Shown: piece after piece, positions 58,643-64,000 of the stretch
Numbering within the stretch: position 1 is the first letter of the stretch
Layout: each line of letters opens with the position of its first letter
Origin: Chloroflexota bacterium
GTDB lineage: Bacteria > Chloroflexota > Dehalococcoidia > UBA2247 > RBG-13-53-26
NCBI GenBank assembly: GCA_003551705.1
Contig: PUNJ01000190.1
Span: 5,900 to 69,899 of the forward strand
Reading direction: 5' to 3'
Length of the DNA: 64,000 bases
Program-made: the position numbers and the translations under genes
Notes under the pieces: generated by a model
The model's database searches: none
Seen by the model: only the letters and a program-made list of their open reading frames with translations
What the model was told of the DNA's origin: nothing

Positions 58643-59476
58643 TCAAGTGATGAATTTGAGAGGTGCCTGCGGCGATTGGTTTCTCTCCTTGACATGACCA
58701 TTCCCGGTGACAAGTATTGCCGGCAGGTCATTCAGGGGATGAGGGCAGATGCAGATGTCCGCACCGTAGACATCTTTGACATTCTCCACCGTGATGACCT
58801 CACGCGGAGTACCGGAGGCATGAATGCGGCCTCGATTGATCATAATCATAGTTTGACAGTATTGGGCGGCCAGATTCAAGTCGTGTACTACCACCAGGGC
58901 GCTCATGCCGTTCCGGCTGCACAAGCCGCTGATCAGGTCGAGGGTCTCGATCTGATGGTTGATATCCAGATGGGCAGTGGGCTCGTCCAGCAGGATTACC
59001 TTGGGTTGCTGGGCCAGGGCGCGGGCGATGGTCAGCCGCTGTCGCTCCCCGCCGGAAAGCTCCCCTACGCGCCTGTTTGCCAGGTCCAGCGTGGACGTGG
59101 CCTCCATGGCATGCATGGTTATGCCGGCATCCCTGGCGCTTTCGTATCCCAGGAAACCGAGGTGGGGCGTGCGGCCCATGAGTACCACTTCGAAGGCGGT
59201 GAAGGCTTCCGGCAATACAGGATTCTGGGGAACCACAGCTACCAACCGTGCCAGTTCCGTCCGGCCCAGCCGGGTGATATCCCGGCCGTCAATGCTGATG
59301 CGGCCTTCCCTGGGCGGCAGGACCCGAGTAACACCCTTGATCAGGGTTGACTTGCCGCACCCGTTGGGGCCCACGATGCCCAGGACCTCGCCGGGCCTGG
59401 TCTGCAGACTTACCCTGTCCAGAACAAGGTGTTGCCCGTAGCCGAGACTTACGCCGTGCAATTCAAGAGTACTCAT
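58643..59476 (-). CDS. ABC transporter ATP-binding protein (BtuD/FepC-like; cobalamin or iron-chelate import)
   Basis: Walker A GPNGCGKST, ABC signature LSGGERQR, Walker B ILLDEP. Confidence 0.85.
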   Translation of the reverse strand: MSTLELHGVSLGYGQHLVLDRVSLQTRPGEVLGIVGPNGCGKSTLIKGVTRVLPPREGRISIDGRDITRLGRTELARLVAVVPQNPVLPEAFTAFEVVLMGRTPHLGFLGYESARDAGITMHAMEATSTLDLANRRVGELSGGERQRLTIARALAQQPKVILLDEPTAHLDINHQIETLDLISGLCSRNGMSALVVVHDLNLAAQYCQTMIMINRGRIHASGTPREVITVENVKDVYGADICICPHPLNDLPAILVTGNGHVKERNQSPQAPLKFIT

Positions 59477-59491
59477 GCCTTCAAGTCCTTT

Positions 59492-60583
59492 CTAGAATAT
59501 CGCCCTTTTTCGCTGTCTTAGCAAATACAGGAAGAAGGGGGCCCCCAGGAAGGCGGTGATTATGCCCAGCGGCACCTCATTGGGGGCCATCACCGTCCGG
59601 GCCATGATGTCCGCCAGAACCAGGAAGATGGCCCCGGCCGCGGTGGCCAGGGGCAGAAGAAAGCGATAATCTGGGCCCCAGACCAGCCGAACCGCGTGGG
59701 GAATGATTATGCCCACAAAACCTATCACTCCGCCGAAGGCCACTGCGGTGGCCGTAATAAGCGTGGCCAGCAACAGGAGAATACGCTTGGTCTGTTCCAC
59801 GTTGACACCCAGTTGCTGGGCCTGCTCCTCGTCCAGTTGCATGATGTTCAGGCGCTGCCCGTAGAGCCAGATGAGGGCTACGCCTATCGTGACCAGCGGC
59901 AGGGCCACGCGCACCTGGGTCCAGGTGGGTGACGAGAATCCTCCCAGCAGCCAGGCAAAGACCCCGTGGATGGTGCTGCCGGAGGTAAGGGTCAGGTAGG
60001 AAGTGATGGCTGAAAGGAAGGCACCGAGGGCAACCCCGGCCAGGATCAGGGTGGCCATGGGCAGGGTGCGGCCTACTCGACCCACGAAGTAGACGAAGAA
60101 GGCGGCGCCGATCCCGCCGGCGAAGGCCAGCAGGGAGACGAGGGAGAATCCCCAGCTCCCCCACCCCAACCTCAAGGTGAACCCAATCACGGCGCCCAGG
60201 GCGGCGCCCTGGGCCACACCGATCAGATAGGGGTCGGCCAGGGGATTACGGAAGAGTCCCTGATAGGTGGCGCCGGCCACGGCCAGGGCTGCTCCGGCCA
60301 GGCCGGCCAGCAGGGCCCGCGGCATGCGGATGTCCAGTATCACGGTTTCCACCGGTCCTGACCAGGTGATGGGGAAGGAGACGAAGGGTAACTTGTTCAG
60401 GATGATCTTGGCGGTGACGGAAAAAGGAATATCGGTGCTGCCGATATTGACGGCCAGGAGCACGGCCGGGAAGACCAGGGCCGCCAGGATGGCCAGGGCG
60501 ATGATCCTGCCCCGGCGTTGGAAGAGGCGGGCTGCGGATATCTCCGCAGCCCGCGGTTGTTGCTCAGCCGTGCCTTCAAGCAT
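59492..60583 (-). CDS. FecCD-family ABC permease (BtuC-like)
   Basis: About nine TM helices of the FecCD family. Confidence 0.85.
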   Translation of the reverse strand: MLEGTAEQQPRAAEISAARLFQRRGRIIALAILAALVFPAVLLAVNIGSTDIPFSVTAKIILNKLPFVSFPITWSGPVETVILDIRMPRALLAGLAGAALAVAGATYQGLFRNPLADPYLIGVAQGAALGAVIGFTLRLGWGSWGFSLVSLLAFAGGIGAAFFVYFVGRVGRTLPMATLILAGVALGAFLSAITSYLTLTSGSTIHGVFAWLLGGFSSPTWTQVRVALPLVTIGVALIWLYGQRLNIMQLDEEQAQQLGVNVEQTKRILLLLATLITATAVAFGGVIGFVGIIIPHAVRLVWGPDYRFLLPLATAAGAIFLVLADIMARTVMAPNEVPLGIITAFLGAPFFLYLLRQRKRAIF

Positions 60584-60594
60584 GGGTTAGTCCA

Positions 60595-61620
60595 TTAGTC
60601 GAAAAGGTCCGGATGCAGAATGCGGGCGAACTCCTCCAGAGCGTCGACCAGCCGGGGGCCGCCCCTGGAGGCCAGATCGGAATCGATCTCGAAGGTACGC
60701 TCATTCAGGTAGGCCTGGGTCTCTTTGAAATGGGAATCAGCCGAGGTTACCCATTCGTAGGCAACGCTTGTCTGGGTGATATCGTAGGTGAAGATCGTGA
60801 TGACGTCGGGATCGGCGGCTACGGCTGCCTCCGTATCAACCTGAGGGTGTCCGGGCAGATCGCCAAAAACATTTATACCGCCGGCCATGGTGATGGCGGC
60901 ATCTATGTAGGTGCCCTGTCCGGCGGTGAATATGGGATCGTGCCAGCTCATGTTGAGTACCTTCGGGCGCTCATCTGCAGGTATGGTTGCTACGATTGTC
61001 TGCACCTGGGCTATCCTGTCCCGCAGCCCGTCCACAAGCTCAGCAGCCTGGGCGTCGCAGCCGGCTATCTTGCTGATGGCCAGGATGTCGGTCATGACGT
61101 CATCAAAGGTCAACGGTTTCGTTTTGAACACACGGACACCATGGTCTCGGAGCCAGTCCACCTTGTCATCCGTGGTCAGATCAGCGACCAGGACCACGTC
61201 CACATCGGCGGCCACGATCATCTCCCAGCTTGGCTCAGGGTAACCACCGAAGCTGTCTACTTCGAAGACCGCTGCCGGGTAGTTGCAGAAATCGGTGCGG
61301 CCCACCAGGTTGTCCCCGGCCCCAATAGCGTAGAGGATTTCGGTGATGCTGGGCGCCAGGCTGATGATGGTGTCTACAGGCGCGGCGAATTCGTGCACCT
61401 TGCCGGTGGCGTCGGTCAGCGAGAACGTGTCATTGGTGTCGCCATTGCCGGCACCGTTTGTATCGTCTGAGCATGCGGCTCCGGCAGTGACCGCCAGCAG
61501 GGCCAGAAGGACCAGTCCGGAAATGAAGAACCGGCGGCAACGGCCGAACCTGCCACTTTGTCGCCTAGCGTGGCCAGGTATGCCTGAGCCAGCCACAGCA
61601 GGTTGTTTCTTGAGTATCAT
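60595..61620 (-). CDS. ABC substrate-binding lipoprotein, periplasmic-binding-protein type (BtuF-like)
   Basis: Signal peptide/lipobox (LLAVTAGAAC) and a PBP fold (ISLAPSITEILYAIGAGDNLVGRTDFCNYP). Confidence 0.8.
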   Translation of the reverse strand: MILKKQPAVAGSGIPGHARRQSGRFGRCRRFFISGLVLLALLAVTAGAACSDDTNGAGNGDTNDTFSLTDATGKVHEFAAPVDTIISLAPSITEILYAIGAGDNLVGRTDFCNYPAAVFEVDSFGGYPEPSWEMIVAADVDVVLVADLTTDDKVDWLRDHGVRVFKTKPLTFDDVMTDILAISKIAGCDAQAAELVDGLRDRIAQVQTIVATIPADERPKVLNMSWHDPIFTAGQGTYIDAAITMAGGINVFGDLPGHPQVDTEAAVAADPDVITIFTYDITQTSVAYEWVTSADSHFKETQAYLNERTFEIDSDLASRGGPRLVDALEEFARILHPDLFD

Positions 61621-62113
61621 GCTTCTTCCCTCCAATAAGCTTCAGGCCAATCTTGCGAATGGCCTGTTTGGCCTTTAGTGCCTTTAGAAGCAACCCGGCG
61701 CCGGTACGCTAAAGTACACTTGTTTTTATACAACTGAAGTTGATTTTAGCAGCAAGCCACGGGTGTGTCAAGATTGCGCGATCGGCGTCCACGTTGGGCC
61801 GGTAACAGGGCTTGACAAGGAAGCACCTACCGCCTGGGCCTCCCTGATTACGGTACCCGGGGACATCTCGACAGGATGGTGGACACTATAGGAAGCAAGG
61901 GGGGACAGAGCAAGAATCAATCAAACGAGTCCCGCACAACACGGTCCCAGAAGTACCTGGTAGGCGGCGCATCGCGCATTGTCTACAGCAGCACTCTGGA
62001 CGTAGTCGTGGATGGCAAGACCGCGCATCGCGAGTATCCCTCGGTCCCTAACAAGCTTTTGTGGCTTCCGATTTGAGGCGAAGGTCCGGGGTCGCGGCGA
62101 TGGTCGCAGTCCC

Positions 62114-63448
62114 CTAGCGGCCGGCTTCCCCAGTCCCTGTTGCCGCCTGCTCTCCGGCGACATACCCGGTGGAGAAGGCCGCCTGCAGGTTGTAGCCCCC
62201 GGTATCGGCGTCCAAGTTCATGACTTCGCCGCAGAAGAACAGTCCTCTCACCAGGCGCGACTCCATGGTGTAAGGGTCGATTTCGTCTAGGGCGACGCCG
62301 CCGGCGGTCACCGTTGCCGAGGCCAGGGGCAGGGGTCCGGCTATGTCCAGGCGCAGGCATTTCAATGTTTGGACCGTGATCTCGCGCTCACCGGCGCTTA
62401 TCTGGTTCGCAGGCTTTCCGGGAGGTATGCCGGTGAGTTCCAGAAAGGGTTCGATTATTTTCGGCGGCAGCATTTCCTTGATTATGGTCCGGTAGGTGCG
62501 CCTGCCGTGGGCCTCCAGGACCTGCCTGGTCCGGATATCGATCTCTTCATGACTGGATGCCGGCTCCATATCCATGGCCACGCTGACCGGCCCCTCCTTA
62601 AGGGCATCCACGATGCCCAGGCTGAGCAGCAGGATCAGGGGTCCGCTGACACCGAAATGGGTGAAGACCATGTCGCCGATGCGGCTCTCTATGACACCTG
62701 CCGGCGGCTTGCCTGGGCCCAGTCCCCTACCCCATTGTCCCCGCAGCCTGGTATTGGGGTCGATGTGAGCGGCCGGACCTCTGAAGGATGTCATGCGAAC
62801 TCCGCTCAGGCTCAGCCCCTGCAGACTGCGGGCCAGGTCTTCTTGTCTGACCTTGAGGGGGACCAGGGCGGGGCGAAGCTCGACTATGCTATGGCCAAGG
62901 CCGGCTGCCATGCGGTAGCCGTCTCCGGTCGATCCTGTGCCCGGATAGGAAGCTCCCCCAGTAGCCAGGATGACGGCCCCGGCTGGGAACACCCCGTCTC
63001 CCGTGCAGACACCCTTGACGGCCCCACCGGCGGCTTCGATGCTGGTGACCTTGCTGCCGTTCAACAGCTTCACCCGGCCAGGGCCGGCATAGCGCTGCAG
63101 GGCGGCCAGGACATCCCGGGCATCGCCCGAGGCCGGGAATATGCGCCCGTCAGGCTCCTGGCTGGTCCTTACACCATACTTGGCCAGCAGCGCCAGCAGT
63201 TCGGGCCGGAAGAAACGGTTGAAGGCCCGGTAGAGGAATCTGCCATTGGGACCGTACATGGCGATGAAGTCATCCAGTTCCCGGGCGTTGGTGAGGTTGC
63301 ACCTGGCTCGGCCGCTGATCAGGAGCTTTCTACCGGGTTGCTCCATCTTCTCCAGGAGCAGGACCTCGGCCCCCATCTCGGCCGCCCGGCTGGCGGCCAT
63401 CAGCCCCCCGGCGCCAGCCCCAACGACTACTACCCTGCGCTCACTCAT
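62114..63448 (-). CDS. HI0933/BaiN-family FAD-dependent flavoprotein (aminoacetone oxidase-like)
   Basis: VVVVGAGAGGLMAA FAD fold and the HI0933-like GGASYPGTGSTGDG segment. Confidence 0.8.
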   Translation of the reverse strand: MSERRVVVVGAGAGGLMAASRAAEMGAEVLLLEKMEQPGRKLLISGRARCNLTNARELDDFIAMYGPNGRFLYRAFNRFFRPELLALLAKYGVRTSQEPDGRIFPASGDARDVLAALQRYAGPGRVKLLNGSKVTSIEAAGGAVKGVCTGDGVFPAGAVILATGGASYPGTGSTGDGYRMAAGLGHSIVELRPALVPLKVRQEDLARSLQGLSLSGVRMTSFRGPAAHIDPNTRLRGQWGRGLGPGKPPAGVIESRIGDMVFTHFGVSGPLILLLSLGIVDALKEGPVSVAMDMEPASSHEEIDIRTRQVLEAHGRRTYRTIIKEMLPPKIIEPFLELTGIPPGKPANQISAGEREITVQTLKCLRLDIAGPLPLASATVTAGGVALDEIDPYTMESRLVRGLFFCGEVMNLDADTGGYNLQAAFSTGYVAGEQAATGTGEAGR

Positions 63449-63508
63449 CTCTACTCTGGTCATCCATGTCCAGGCTTGTCCAGGGCTGCCGCACCGACTG
63501 GCTGCGAC

Positions 63509-64000
63509 TCATCCGGCCTTCTCGCTATCTGGGGTGGAGACGAATGGGTGGCCCTCCCGGTCGAAATCGGGCAGGTATTCGGTTACGGAGTCGAGGTCCT
63601 GGATGAAACCGTTCTCCATTCCCAGAGCGGACGCCAGTTCGAGAACTTCGTTGTACTCGGCGGCAGATATGGTCCGGGACAACAGCGGGACGCTACCCGC
63701 CCGGTGCTGCGGGGAGTACTGGGCCATGATGCTTATGGCCGTCTCCGGGCCTATCACGCGCGCAAGCCATTGCAGGGATTGTTCACTGCCCGCCAGTGCG
63801 TTGGGCAGGATAAGATGGCGTACCAGAAGTCCCCTCACGGCTATCTCATCTCCGTCCAGTGCCAGGTGTCCCACCTGCCTGTACATCTCCTTGATGGCCG
63901 CCCGGCAGTACGGGACGTAATCGGAGACCTGGGAGAACTTCTTGGCCCAGCGATCAGAGGCGTACCTGATATCGGCCAGGTATATGTCTATGATGCCGTC
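63509..64000 (-). CDS. radical SAM protein, PflA-like (COG1180; AmmeMemoRadiSam-type), 3' portion only
   Basis: C-terminal region ...IDIYLADIRYASDRWAKKFS...AIKEMYRQVGHLALDGDEIAVRGLLVRHLILPN... is typical of COG1180 activases. The CDS continues beyond the window end. Confidence 0.65.
   Translation of the reverse strand, partial: DGIIDIYLADIRYASDRWAKKFSQVSDYVPYCRAAIKEMYRQVGHLALDGDEIAVRGLLVRHLILPNALAGSEQSLQWLARVIGPETAISIMAQYSPQHRAGSVPLLSRTISAAEYNEVLELASALGMENGFIQDLDSVTEYLPDFDREGHPFVSTPDSEKAG

Noticed and set aside
61636-61900. Cobalamin riboswitch upstream of btuF
   Set aside because: Expected from context, but I could not locate the B12 box (GCCACUG) or the GGGAA...GGUG core on either strand by eye. 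It is reported only as an open question.
1-64000. CRISPR arrays, integrases, transposases, prophage or defence-island signatures
   Set aside because: No regularly spaced direct repeats were found. No recombinase, nuclease or ATPase cassette is seen among the translated ORFs. All large ORFs are accounted for by metabolic or housekeeping functions.

Overview
This window is a high-GC (roughly 58-60%) bacterial chromosomal segment. Ribosome-binding sites are ggagg/aagga-like, consistent with a Gram-positive-type or Chloroflexi-like organism. Almost all long open reading frames resolve into about 50 genes on both strands; the long antisense ORFs in the track are GC-driven shadows. 

Recognisable content:
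- Housekeeping genes: prfC, plsY, clpC-radA, fmt, glyQS, an H+-pyrophosphatase, and one tRNA-Ala(GGC).
- NAD salvage: pncA-pncB.
- A tungsten-type aldehyde:ferredoxin oxidoreductase.
- A 1340-aa tri-domain trehalose enzyme fusing a beta-phosphoglucomutase-like HAD, a trehalose-6-phosphate phosphatase and a GH65 phosphorylase (OtsB1/Rv2006-like).
- A glycogen/alpha-glucan module: GT4, amylo-alpha-1,6-glucosidase and a transglutaminase-like lipoprotein.
- c-di-GMP signalling genes: PAS/HD-GYP next to MEDS-GGDEF, and a separate MEDS-PAS histidine kinase.
- An acyl-CoA ligase with LivH/LivM permeases but no ATPase or binding protein.
- A cobalamin import/adenosylation operon (btuFCD-cobO-truncated cobQ).
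- An arsenic operon: arsR, an ArsP-type permease, a thioredoxin-like protein, arsC and a MauE/DoxX-thioredoxin fusion.

The most interesting call is inside the ars operon. A SelW/Rdx-family gene carries an in-frame TGA exactly at the CxxU position and is followed by a SECIS-like GC hairpin. The ORF track splits it in two. It is a probable selenoprotein, possibly serving arsenate/thiol redox.

Other notable items are a family of long-hairpin intergenic repeats (at least two copies), a perfect 10-bp palindrome in the plsY/AOR divergent region, a consensus sigma70 promoter with a long leader ahead of the acyl-CoA ligase, and a CobQ homolog missing its glutaminase domain.

No CRISPR array, prophage, integrase or transposase was seen.
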